Both the position numbers and the translations under genes were made by a program. Shown in pieces: positions 1 to 9,852 of a stretch of DNA of 64,000 nucleotides; the first letter of the stretch is position 1; each line of letters begins with the position of its first letter. The stretch covers positions 1-64,000 of IMG/VR virus record IMGVR_UViG_3300016476_001273; one strand, given 5' to 3'. Under the pieces are notes generated by a model. The model searched no databases. It saw only the letters and a program-made list of their open reading frames with translations, and was not told where the DNA came from. This DNA comes from a virus.

Positions 1-218
1 TTTTTTAAATTAAATTTATGAGACGCTTCTACTCCTCCTACAAAGGGATAAATAGCTAAACATTTAGACCAAATACCATTGTTTTTTAAATTAATTACTA
101 ATTGATTAATAGCATTTCTTTGAGTAGTATTTGTAATATTTGCTGCTGTTATAAAAGTTTGTGCATCTGTATCTAAAATAACACTTTTTGATATGATACC
201 ACTTATTGATTTAATCAT
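1..218 (-). CDS. Partial phage tail/virion-associated protein (runs off the left edge)
   Basis: Hand translation from ATG at 218: MIKSISGIISKSVILDTDAQTFITAANITNTTQRNAINQLVINLKNNGIWSKCLAIYPFVGGVEASHKFNLK. Starts 4 nt after the upstream stop. The AIYPFVGG..HKFNLK segment is familiar from phage tail-associated proteins. Not in the ORF track. Confidence 0.7.
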   Translation of the reverse strand, partial: MIKSISGIISKSVILDTDAQTFITAANITNTTQRNAINQLVINLKNNGIWSKCLAIYPFVGGVEASHKFNLK

Positions 219-221
219 AAA

Positions 222-836
222 TTATGTTGTTAAATCTCCTCCTAAATACCAAATAAAACTTCCTTTATAAATTAAAGTAGCTAATGAGTTCTGACCTGTT
301 AATTTAAATTTATTTCCATTACTTAATAATGTAACACCTGATGCAGGAGATATTGTAGTTTGCCCTGTTCCTGCTTGTGCTATTAAAATCTGAGTTCCAG
401 TTTGAAAAGTTAATTGAGGAACTGTTATTATATTACCAGAAGAAACATTCATTTCTATTAATGTTTGTCTATCTGTTAAAGCTAATGTGTATGAAGCTGT
501 TTTATTTTGAATTGTTAAAGCTTCATTATAAGTAACATTAAAAACATGCCAGACACTTCCATCAGAAATATAACCTACACCTTCTATATCAAAATTTAAT
601 GTTGTATTTGCCCCATAAGACCAAAAAAAGGGGTCTTGAACATTACCTGAAGAAGATGTGATTGTTAATGTTCCTGTAGATGTAGTATCAAATCTTTTTA
701 TCCATATCATTCTATTTTTAAACCTAGTAGCACTAGGAAGAGTGATTGTTATTGCATTTGTACTATTATTACATAAAACAATTCTAAAATTATCTCCTAC
801 AGTATAATTAGAAGTTATTATTGTTGAATTATACAT
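222..836 (-). CDS. Tail fibre-associated beta-strand protein (two tandem small beta modules)
   Basis: 204 aa. Motifs AITITLPSA...GYISDGSVWHV and SYTLALTD...IAQAGTGQTTI...WYLGGDL are typical of phage fibre modules. Coupled to the upstream gene. Confidence 0.6.
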   Translation of the reverse strand: MYNSTIITSNYTVGDNFRIVLCNNSTNAITITLPSATRFKNRMIWIKRFDTTSTGTLTITSSSGNVQDPFFWSYGANTTLNFDIEGVGYISDGSVWHVFNVTYNEALTIQNKTASYTLALTDRQTLIEMNVSSGNIITVPQLTFQTGTQILIAQAGTGQTTISPASGVTLLSNGNKFKLTGQNSLATLIYKGSFIWYLGGDLTT

Positions 837-2380
837 TATGATATTGTTACACTTGTTGTTCCACTATAAATTATTTCTATATCTACTGTTGCTGCTATTG
901 CTGGATTATTATAAGTTATACTAAAAGTTGTCCCTGTCCCAGAATAAGAAGAATTAAAAGTTAACACAAAGCTATTACCGGATATTAATTGATTTGTTAC
1001 AGCAAAATCTTGAGTAACAACACTTGTAGATGAACTATTTCCAGCAACTAATAGTTTATAAATAGAAGATGTGTCCGTTCCTCTATAGTTTACAATTACT
1101 TCTGCTGTAACGTTTTGACTAGCTCCTCCTAAATTAAATACAACTAAATCTCCTGTTCCGTTAGAAGCTAAAGACATTGTTTTTATATATCTTTTTATTT
1201 GATTATTATCCCCTAATGAAATTCTAGGTTCTTGTAATCTAATAAAATTATTATATCCTGATTTAAAAATAGTTCCTATAGTTTCACTCCATGTAATAAC
1301 ATTTGTCCAAATATTTGTACCACCTTTTCCTTGTAAAAATAAACTACCTGTTACATCAAAAACACTTTTTAATCTGGTTCTGAAATTACTAGAATTAGTA
1401 TTTGCTCCTTGTAAAGTAAAAGTATCTGGAGTCCAACCTAAAACATCATTGTTAGATGTAAAATCTGTTACTCTAGCACCAATTACTAAATTTTTATTAG
1501 AACTAGAATCTTCATTTAAAGTAAAAAATCCACTTCCGGGAGTTACTTCATTAGTTTCTAAAAAACAATTAGAAGCACTAACAAAATCAAAAGCATGACC
1601 TGATAAACTATCAGCACAACTTTTATGAAATCCAAAACTATCAATATAACTTCCTTTTATATAAGATACTCCACCCGTAGCCCAACAATTATTAAAATAA
1701 GTATGAGTAATATAAGGTTGACCAGAAGACATTCCATCAGCTTTACAAATATATCTACCTCCTGAAGTTTTCATATTATTAAAAACAAGAAAATATGTAC
1801 CCCATATAGTTCCTGAATTACCCGGAAGTAATTGAATAATATCTACATTATTATTTCCAACAGTAAAATTACAAGTATCAAATGTAGCGTTCCATAATCC
1901 ATCTATTTTTAATATTGTGTTCCCAGATGTATTATTTGTAGAAACAATATTCCAATCAATTGCCCTAAAACCTTTTTTTCTAGTTATAGAAAAACCTACA
2001 TTAGCAGATGTAGTAATAGTAACTCCTTTTCTTTGATATATTGTACTACTATCTAATATGATAGTATCAGATAAACTATAAGAATTATTAATAATACCTA
2101 TTCTACCAGAACACGTATCAATAAAATTTTGAAAACCTATATTTGTATTATCAAACCATGAAGAAAGAATTTCTTCAACTTCTATTCTTTTATATCTAGC
2201 ATTGGAGCTTGTTACTATTGTTATACCTGTATTATCTGTAGTAGTTGTGTCTATTGAATCATATTCAAAAATACCTTCTTTACCATTATCAATTATCATT
2301 ACAACGGGATTGTAAAAAACATCTGATTCTGTAAAAGCTCTTAACTGTGTAATTGTTCTATTTGCTATTCCTATATTCAT
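836..2380 (-). CDS. Tail spike / receptor-binding protein with probable beta-helix (depolymerase-like)
   Basis: N-terminal GIFEYDSIDTTTTDNTGITIV...RYKR is a tailspike anchor-type motif, followed by an N/G/S/T-rich beta-helix-like region. True start is probably ATG 2380 (MNIGIANR), next to the upstream stop at 2383, rather than 2398. Confidence 0.65.
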   Translation of the reverse strand: MNIGIANRTITQLRAFTESDVFYNPVVMIIDNGKEGIFEYDSIDTTTTDNTGITIVTSSNARYKRIEVEEILSSWFDNTNIGFQNFIDTCSGRIGIINNSYSLSDTIILDSSTIYQRKGVTITTSANVGFSITRKKGFRAIDWNIVSTNNTSGNTILKIDGLWNATFDTCNFTVGNNNVDIIQLLPGNSGTIWGTYFLVFNNMKTSGGRYICKADGMSSGQPYITHTYFNNCWATGGVSYIKGSYIDSFGFHKSCADSLSGHAFDFVSASNCFLETNEVTPGSGFFTLNEDSSSNKNLVIGARVTDFTSNNDVLGWTPDTFTLQGANTNSSNFRTRLKSVFDVTGSLFLQGKGGTNIWTNVITWSETIGTIFKSGYNNFIRLQEPRISLGDNNQIKRYIKTMSLASNGTGDLVVFNLGGASQNVTAEVIVNYRGTDTSSIYKLLVAGNSSSTSVVTQDFAVTNQLISGNSFVLTFNSSYSGTGTTFSITYNNPAIAATVDIEIIYSGTTSVTIS

Positions 2381-2382
2381 AA

Positions 2383-4407
2383 TTATATGTAATACCAAGT
2401 TATACCGTTTCCATGAAAAATCATACTTTCTTTAGATTGTAAATTATAAGAACGAGAAGCTATTCCGTCAATATGACCTGTTACAATAATTGAACCATTG
2501 CTTACATTTTTAACTATAAGTTTTGTTTCATTTAAAGACAACGGTAATGTAGCTACTGTTCCAGATGTATCAAATACTACTGTTCCGTCATTTATTGCTG
2601 ATAAAGTAGTATTTACACTCACAACTCTTATTTTATTTCTTGAAAAACTAGCTTCTAAAGAAGTTTCTAAACTTTGTAATGCTGATTTTATTGTACTATT
2701 ATCAGAAATTAATGTACCTGTAAATTCACCTAAAGTTAAAGAATTAGAAGGTACTCCTGATAAAGTAGTTAAGTCATTAACATCTAATTCAATTGCATCT
2801 AAATTAACTGGTTGTGTAATTGATATATTAGAAAGCTTATTAAAATCAGAAGGAATCATTAATCCTGCTATTGTATTAGACGCTGCTAAAATAGTAGCAT
2901 CTGTTCCTGTATCTGACACTACAATTCCGTCTGTTGAAGATGGTGTATATGATAAATTAGTTGTACCATTTCCACCTCCTCCTGTAACATCTATTGTTAA
3001 AGTGTTATTAATTCGTGTTACAGTTACATAATTACCAGTAAAATTAATAGTATTTACTGTTCCAATTCCATCTAAATTTGTACCTTCATCTTGAAATTGT
3101 ATTCCTGATTGTTTACTATTCCAGTTAGAAGATGAAGTAATATAATTATCTGTTATTAATGAAGCATTCCAAACTCCAGTTGTTATAGTTCCTAATGTTG
3201 TTATTGAAGATTGACCTACATAAGAAGAACTAATATCAATAATAGGATTACTTCCTCCTGTTGAAGTAATTCTATTTAAAGTTCCTGTTACACTACTTAC
3301 TCCTCCTGCTGTAGCAGAAGCCAAATTACCATCTAGTTTTTGTATTGCTTGTAAAATAGTATCAGTTGGTAGTACAGTACCAGTAGAAGATGTAAAACCA
3401 GTAAGTACTTTATTAAGTACTGCATTATTATTTAGAGTTACTGAAATAGAAGTACTTCCACTTCCTGTTACTTCACCTGATAAAGTAATTAACTGATTAT
3501 TTGAAATATAATTAGGAGTAAAATATTCTAAAGAAGTACCATCTGAATTAACTTTTAAAAGTTGATTAGATATACCTAAACTACTTAATCCTGTCCCTCC
3601 TTTATTAATACTTAAAGTTCCACCAATACTATTTAAAGAAAGATTTGATTCATTAATATCAATAGAAAATGGTTGTAAAGAAGCTCCAGTAGGAGTTCCT
3701 CCTAATGTAATTTTATTACTAGCTGCTGTTACATTTTTAACTGTTATAGCATCTTGTTTACTATTCCATATATTAGCACTAGCAATTCTATTATCAGCCA
3801 ATAACCCAGTCCAACCTAAGGTTAGAGTTACATTTTTTAATAAAGCTGTATTAGAGTTTCCAGATAAATTTAAAGTGACATTTACATCATCAACTTTAGA
3901 TAAAGCACCTATAGTAATTTCAGGTTTATTTTTTATAAAAGCATCTGAATTAACATTAACTTCATTCCAATCCGATTGTACATTTTGTTCAGCACCATTA
4001 TTTATACTATTCAACTTAACTTTATCAAAAGAACTCATAAGTCCTGATAAAAGCTCTGTTACAGCAGGTATTGTGGTAGAATTTCCATTAGATGATAAAA
4101 TATCTAAAGTGTTATTATTTCTATTACCTATACTTAAATTTGTTTCTAGTACAGAAAATTTACTGTTTATGATTTCAAGAACTTCTTGTAAAGTTGTACC
4201 TTTTTGTATATCATCTATAGTACTACTTAAAAGAATATTTTCAGTAGAAGGAATTCCTTCTTGAAAATCATTCATCCATGTTTGAACACTATCTATTTGT
4301 AATTTTATATTTTCAATTTCATCTTTATTCAAACAACAATTTTTTATTTGTTCTAATATAGAACAAATTGTAATTTCAACATTATGTTGTTCAGAATTAT
4401 TACACAT
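2383..4407 (-). CDS. Tail fibre protein
   Basis: 674 aa, S/T/G/N-rich. Fibre motifs GLMSSFDKVKL, QSDWNEV..DAFIKNKP, DTILQAIQKL and repeated WNSKQ. Confidence 0.7.
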   Translation of the reverse strand: MCNNSEQHNVEITICSILEQIKNCCLNKDEIENIKLQIDSVQTWMNDFQEGIPSTENILLSSTIDDIQKGTTLQEVLEIINSKFSVLETNLSIGNRNNNTLDILSSNGNSTTIPAVTELLSGLMSSFDKVKLNSINNGAEQNVQSDWNEVNVNSDAFIKNKPEITIGALSKVDDVNVTLNLSGNSNTALLKNVTLTLGWTGLLADNRIASANIWNSKQDAITVKNVTAASNKITLGGTPTGASLQPFSIDINESNLSLNSIGGTLSINKGGTGLSSLGISNQLLKVNSDGTSLEYFTPNYISNNQLITLSGEVTGSGSTSISVTLNNNAVLNKVLTGFTSSTGTVLPTDTILQAIQKLDGNLASATAGGVSSVTGTLNRITSTGGSNPIIDISSSYVGQSSITTLGTITTGVWNASLITDNYITSSSNWNSKQSGIQFQDEGTNLDGIGTVNTINFTGNYVTVTRINNTLTIDVTGGGGNGTTNLSYTPSSTDGIVVSDTGTDATILAASNTIAGLMIPSDFNKLSNISITQPVNLDAIELDVNDLTTLSGVPSNSLTLGEFTGTLISDNSTIKSALQSLETSLEASFSRNKIRVVSVNTTLSAINDGTVVFDTSGTVATLPLSLNETKLIVKNVSNGSIIVTGHIDGIASRSYNLQSKESMIFHGNGITWYYI

Positions 4408-4787
4408 TATTGAATATAATTAATATAAAAAATACTTCCTGTATTTCCTGTTACTGTGAAAGTACTAGATGAAGAATAACCACTCCAAGAAAAAGTAGAA
4501 GGTGAAATTGTTATTGTAGTAGATGTAGTTCCATCATTAACTACAACACTTCCTTCTTCTATTGTTAATGTTAATCCATCAACACCTACAGGTTTAACCC
4601 AAGATTGTGTTCCAGTAAATCTAAGAAGTTTACTTGTTTGAGAAACAGACCCGCCAACGCCTGTTTTTTTATTAATTCCTACTAAAACGTCTTTTGTAGA
4701 CATAATAGCATTTAATATTTCTTTTAATATAAGAGATAATCCATAATTATCTCTATTAGTATATGTTTCGTTTCTTTGGTAATACAT
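4407..4787 (-). CDS. Small virion/tail-associated protein
   Basis: 126 aa with a beta-rich C-terminus. Stop/start overlap with the fibre gene. Confidence 0.45.
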   Translation of the reverse strand: MYYQRNETYTNRDNYGLSLILKEILNAIMSTKDVLVGINKKTGVGGSVSQTSKLLRFTGTQSWVKPVGVDGLTLTIEEGSVVVNDGTTSTTITISPSTFSWSGYSSSSTFTVTGNTGSIFYINYIQ

Positions 4788-4871
4788 TATTTTAATTTTT
4801 TTTACTAAATTAAATTTTTAAATAAACATTAAAAAAAACAACTACTTTCAAAATTTATTTTATATTACAAT

Positions 4872-7800
4872 TTAATTATTTTTAAATATTAAATCCATAT
4901 ATTCTAACTGTTGTTCAGGGTTCATCAATCTTAATATTTGATAATAAGGAGATATAACACTTTTTTCTAATTTAGAAACAATTTTATAGTCTCCTTTTTC
5001 ATATCCATCTCCATTTTTTTCATATAAATCATTAGCTCCCCAATCAAGTTCTAAATCTCCTTCTTCATTAAACATAGAAACACTAATTAAATCTCTAACT
5101 AAACCTAAATTAACATCAATCATTCTAGTCATAGTAAAAGGGTCTTTAGCAAATCTTTGTGCTGTATCTATTGTGTAAGATGCAGGAAGACCTTGTCCCG
5201 GAATATATAAAAACGGAGTATAAAATCTCATTTCAGCTTGCATTTTAAAAGCATAAAACTCCATCCATTTTAATACTTTTTTAGAATCTTCGTCTTCGAC
5301 ATCATCAGAAGCTAAATGTATTAAAAAGCCTAACATCATCATTTGAATTATTAAACCTAAGTCTGCACTAGTTCTTTCAATTGCTCTTTTTTGTCTTTCG
5401 TTAATATCTTTTCCATATATTAATTCATCATATTTAGCACTATCAAATAAACTCTTATATCCCTCACTCATTGATAATATTGGTAAGTTTTTTAATCCAC
5501 TTCTTAATGATTCAACTCCAGTTTTCCATACAACATCACCCATAGCTCTTAAATATTTAGGAGCTATTTCTTTAGAAATAAAACCTTTCATTCCATGTTT
5601 ATTAAAAATATCTTTATAATCAGAAATTAATTTAGAAAGATATGTTTTATAATATCCTTCTTCAATTGTATAAGATTCCCAGTCTAATTGTTCACTTTGA
5701 AATCTTGCCATCCATGTGTTATATATCCATCTTTTAAATACTAACATGAGTCTACCATACCATGTTCTACTTAATAAATTTCTATCTTGGTCATTGTAAT
5801 TACCATGTAATTGTCTATTTATTGTTTGAACTAATGAAGAAAATTTAGATTTAACATCATCTGTAACCCAGTCTTCAAACTGAACCAATTCTCCTTCTTT
5901 ATGAATAACACTATTATATAATGTACTTTCTACTAATTCCCCTTTATCATTTTTCTTTTTTACTACATTTCCGTCTTTATCTCTTTGCTTCCATCCTTTC
6001 ATTAAACAAACCATTGTTAATAATTGATTTGTATATTCCGTTCCATTTGATGTAGCCATCCATATATCTTGCATAAATTTTTCAGCTAAATTTTCTTTAT
6101 GTATCATTCCTTTATTATCTAAAAATTCTCCTTGAATTGCATTAAAATAATAAGAAAGCTGAGAAAGCATGCTTTTTTCTATAAAAGAACTTTTACTCCA
6201 ATCAGCAACAAATGTTTTTAATTGACTAAATGATATAAATAATTCTCTATAAGTTTCTCTAAATATTTTTTTATTAAAATTTCTACCCATAGCTGCTTCT
6301 GAATAGTTTGAAATAGTAGAAATAAAATGGTTAGCAGGCATAGCTGCAAAATTAAGAGATAATGCTTGATAAGCACTTAAACCTGTTATGTTTGTAACAA
6401 GTTTTTGCATATCTATTTTAACATTTCCTAAAGCGATAGCATATTCTTTTTTGCTCATCCCATTTATCATATCTTTTAAAAACACTTCTAAATTTTCACT
6501 TAAATTATCAGCATCTACTGTAACTACTTTTCCTGTATTTTCGTCTAATATTTTTTCTCCATCACTACTAAGTACATAAGCTTTTCTTTTACTAATACCT
6601 GCTTTTTCATCTCCAGAATAAATAGTTCGAATTGTATTTAATTTAGGAACTAACGTTGTTCTCAGTGCATAATTATTTACTTTACTATTCATTAATGAAA
6701 AAGCATAAAGTAAATCTTTCTCTCTTTTATAAGGAGGAATGTATTCTGAATATTCAATAGTTACTTCATCTACTATTTTACCATCTACTCCATATTTATT
6801 TTTACTTACTCTAGCAGCATATTCTTCTTCAACTACTTCGTCAATTTCATTTAAAAATTCTATTTTACCTGTTTCAGGATTTCTTCTACTTTTTGGTTCA
6901 GTATTTTCTTTATATGTAATATCTAATTGATTTTCTATTTTATTTAATTTAGATAAAGCTCTTTCTTTTAAAGTTTTTTGTTCAAATAATGGAATATTAT
7001 ACAATCCATAAAATCTTTTATTTCCTAATTGTTCATTTATTTTTTGTTTAGTCATTAATAATAAATCATATATTTTTTTTTCTTGAGAAAGTAAACTTTC
7101 TATTGCTTTAAATTTACTAGAAGCTTCTTTATCAAAAGGAAAAGCGTTTTGACCATCGATTTTATAACGAGAATTAAATTCATTTAATTCTCCTTTTTTA
7201 GTGTAAAATGAAGTAATGTTTTCTACATCTCCAGCAATAAGTTTCCAAGTACTACCTTTTTCTTCGTATATTAAACTATCTAAATAAAACAATTTTGTTT
7301 CTTCATCATATTTTTCTACTAATATTCTTTTTACTCTATTTCCTTCACTATTAAGTATTTCCATTCCTAATAAACTATCCATACTAAATTTAATACGAGA
7401 AGAAAGTGTAGAATATTTTCCATTTTGTTTATTTTCAACTTTTTTAGAAAGTGATGCTAAATTTCTTTTTACTTCTGTAGATTCTTCTAACGCTTTATAA
7501 TTAAAGTCTAATATTCCATCTTCTTTTGTTTTTATTATTTTATTTTCACGTAATATTGTTTTAGTTTCAGAGCGAGATTTAGTTGTCATTCTAGTTTTAT
7601 AAAAACTTTGCCATAAAACACTTTGTATTATATTTTTTAAAACATCTAAATTTTCTAAAGAATCTTCATAAACATCTGTTTTTTCAAAAAATTCCATATC
7701 TGTATAAATATCAATACCTGTCTTTATAAAAGCCTCAGATAAAGGTATTTCATATTCAACATCTAATTCTTTAAAAATATTTTTTACTGTAATTATATCA

Positions 7801-9842
7801 TCTTCCCTCATTTGTTTAAGAGGAATTTTTTTAAATATTTCTCTAATTTTTCTTTCTAAAAGTTGAGTAAAAAGTAATTTTTCATTTCTAAATGTATAAT
7901 CATCATATTCTTTTATAATATCTTCTTCATCAAGCATCTGAACATAATATATCTCATTAAACATTTTTATAGGTTCGTAGCTAATACCTCTTTCTTTATT
8001 TTTTTTATCTGCGTTCTGTTCCTTCATTTTTCTTTCTAATAATTCCATTTGTTCTTCTTTAGAAAGCTTTTGTTCTTCCTCAGATAGTTTTAAAATATCT
8101 TGAATTTTTCCATATTTATTAAGAGCAACTTTTTTAGTTTTAAAAATAAATTTATCAAAAAATTTCTCTTTATCTTCTGAGTTTAAATTATCAATTTTCG
8201 CTTCTTTTCTAAGTTTTTCAAATACAGCATTTTCTTCTATATTAGTTCTATTTACTTTAGCAAACATGTCTTTTATAAAAGAAGTTACTAATTGAGTAAT
8301 TTGGTCATTTAAACCAATAGTTTCTCTGAAATAATGAGACATTGTACTAACATCTTTTAAAGCAACTTTAACGACTTCTTTAAACTTATCTACTTCTAAA
8401 AAATATTTATCTGTTAAATAATTTTCCTCATTATCTAAAAATGCTTTTCTTTTAAACTCCTCCATTTTATCCTTATATTCAGGATAAAATGTAGAAGTGA
8501 ATACATCGACATATAAATCATTCATTCTTTCTTTAAAAACATTAGACATGTTCATACTATCTTTTAATACTTGAAGAAAAGTATTTTTATTTCTTGATAG
8601 TTTTGATAATTCAAGATTTAAAGAATAAACAAAGTCATTAGGATTAGCTACTCCTTCTTTTGTTAAATATTCAGATAAATCAGATAAAGATAAATTTCCT
8701 TCTGTGTTAAATAACTTATATCCTATTTCATTAGCTTCTAATTGTGTATTATTTTCTTCATTAAACTTTTTTACATATTCAACAATAGCATCTGACAATT
8801 TTCGTTTATTAAATTTATCTATATATTTTTCATTACCGTCAATAAGTACTATGTCAGTATATAATTTAGATAAATTATCAAATAAATGATAAAAATATCT
8901 TCCTTGTTGAAGAAGGTCGTTTATATCTTTTAATTCTATTTCAGCATCTATTTTATCTTGTTGTACATCAGATTTTCTTTTTATTTCTATATCTGCTAAC
9001 CTTTGTTTAATAGATTTTGGAGGAAAATCTAAAGTTTTTTGTACTTCTGCAATTTTACTTTTAATATATTCACTATCTGGATTTTTCTTTAATTCACTTT
9101 CAAAATATTTTAGTTTTTCTTTTTGTCTTTTTATATAATCACTAGTAGCTCCAAAAAATAATTGAGAAAGATAGTTAAGTTTGTTTACAGATTGTCTTAC
9201 ATAATTATCAATACCTTTAACTATTTCTTGATTATCTTTATCTTTTAAACTTCTAATCAAAGAATCAATTTCTTTTTTACTTACAGATAATTGATAATTA
9301 TCACTAACATTTTTCATACTTATTAAATAAGCATTTAATTTATCAACAATTTCGTTTCCGAAATCAACTAATATATTTTCATTATCTTTATTAGAAATTG
9401 TTTGTAAATGTGTTTCTAAGTTAATAATAGAAGGAAGAACAAATAATTCTTGAATATATCTTGTTTCACTACTTGTATCAATTTTTAAATCATCTTTTGG
9501 AATACCTTCATCTACTAAAGAAGGAGAATTAAAAACATTTATGCCTATGTAAGTATATGGCTTATTATTATACTCAACATTAAAAAATTTAATAGCACTT
9601 TTATTTTCATCGTCATCATATAATCCTTTTGCTTTTAAAAATTCTAATACTGTAGGATTATCTATATATTCATGTTTTAAATATAAACGTTTTACACCAT
9701 TTCTTTCTTGATGAAAAACAATATTTTTACCTATTAAATATTCTATTACTTCTTTATGAGCATTAGTAGCTAGTGATACATATTCTTCATCAAGTCCACT
9801 ATCTTTAACAGTATTTATTATATATGGTATTCTACAATTCAT
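4872..9842 (-). CDS. Giant ejected (cargo) virion protein, last gene of the RNAP cluster
   Basis: 1656 aa, helical. The C-terminal HGNYNDQDRNLLSRTWYGRLMLVFKRWI motif is typical of the crAss-like ejection protein encoded after the RNAP. Begins MNC. Confidence 0.7.
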   Translation of the reverse strand: MNCRIPYIINTVKDSGLDEEYVSLATNAHKEVIEYLIGKNIVFHQERNGVKRLYLKHEYIDNPTVLEFLKAKGLYDDDENKSAIKFFNVEYNNKPYTYIGINVFNSPSLVDEGIPKDDLKIDTSSETRYIQELFVLPSIINLETHLQTISNKDNENILVDFGNEIVDKLNAYLISMKNVSDNYQLSVSKKEIDSLIRSLKDKDNQEIVKGIDNYVRQSVNKLNYLSQLFFGATSDYIKRQKEKLKYFESELKKNPDSEYIKSKIAEVQKTLDFPPKSIKQRLADIEIKRKSDVQQDKIDAEIELKDINDLLQQGRYFYHLFDNLSKLYTDIVLIDGNEKYIDKFNKRKLSDAIVEYVKKFNEENNTQLEANEIGYKLFNTEGNLSLSDLSEYLTKEGVANPNDFVYSLNLELSKLSRNKNTFLQVLKDSMNMSNVFKERMNDLYVDVFTSTFYPEYKDKMEEFKRKAFLDNEENYLTDKYFLEVDKFKEVVKVALKDVSTMSHYFRETIGLNDQITQLVTSFIKDMFAKVNRTNIEENAVFEKLRKEAKIDNLNSEDKEKFFDKFIFKTKKVALNKYGKIQDILKLSEEEQKLSKEEQMELLERKMKEQNADKKNKERGISYEPIKMFNEIYYVQMLDEEDIIKEYDDYTFRNEKLLFTQLLERKIREIFKKIPLKQMREDDIITVKNIFKELDVEYEIPLSEAFIKTGIDIYTDMEFFEKTDVYEDSLENLDVLKNIIQSVLWQSFYKTRMTTKSRSETKTILRENKIIKTKEDGILDFNYKALEESTEVKRNLASLSKKVENKQNGKYSTLSSRIKFSMDSLLGMEILNSEGNRVKRILVEKYDEETKLFYLDSLIYEEKGSTWKLIAGDVENITSFYTKKGELNEFNSRYKIDGQNAFPFDKEASSKFKAIESLLSQEKKIYDLLLMTKQKINEQLGNKRFYGLYNIPLFEQKTLKERALSKLNKIENQLDITYKENTEPKSRRNPETGKIEFLNEIDEVVEEEYAARVSKNKYGVDGKIVDEVTIEYSEYIPPYKREKDLLYAFSLMNSKVNNYALRTTLVPKLNTIRTIYSGDEKAGISKRKAYVLSSDGEKILDENTGKVVTVDADNLSENLEVFLKDMINGMSKKEYAIALGNVKIDMQKLVTNITGLSAYQALSLNFAAMPANHFISTISNYSEAAMGRNFNKKIFRETYRELFISFSQLKTFVADWSKSSFIEKSMLSQLSYYFNAIQGEFLDNKGMIHKENLAEKFMQDIWMATSNGTEYTNQLLTMVCLMKGWKQRDKDGNVVKKKNDKGELVESTLYNSVIHKEGELVQFEDWVTDDVKSKFSSLVQTINRQLHGNYNDQDRNLLSRTWYGRLMLVFKRWIYNTWMARFQSEQLDWESYTIEEGYYKTYLSKLISDYKDIFNKHGMKGFISKEIAPKYLRAMGDVVWKTGVESLRSGLKNLPILSMSEGYKSLFDSAKYDELIYGKDINERQKRAIERTSADLGLIIQMMMLGFLIHLASDDVEDEDSKKVLKWMEFYAFKMQAEMRFYTPFLYIPGQGLPASYTIDTAQRFAKDPFTMTRMIDVNLGLVRDLISVSMFNEEGDLELDWGANDLYEKNGDGYEKGDYKIVSKLEKSVISPYYQILRLMNPEQQLEYMDLIFKNN

Positions 9843-9852
9843 TTTGTATTAG

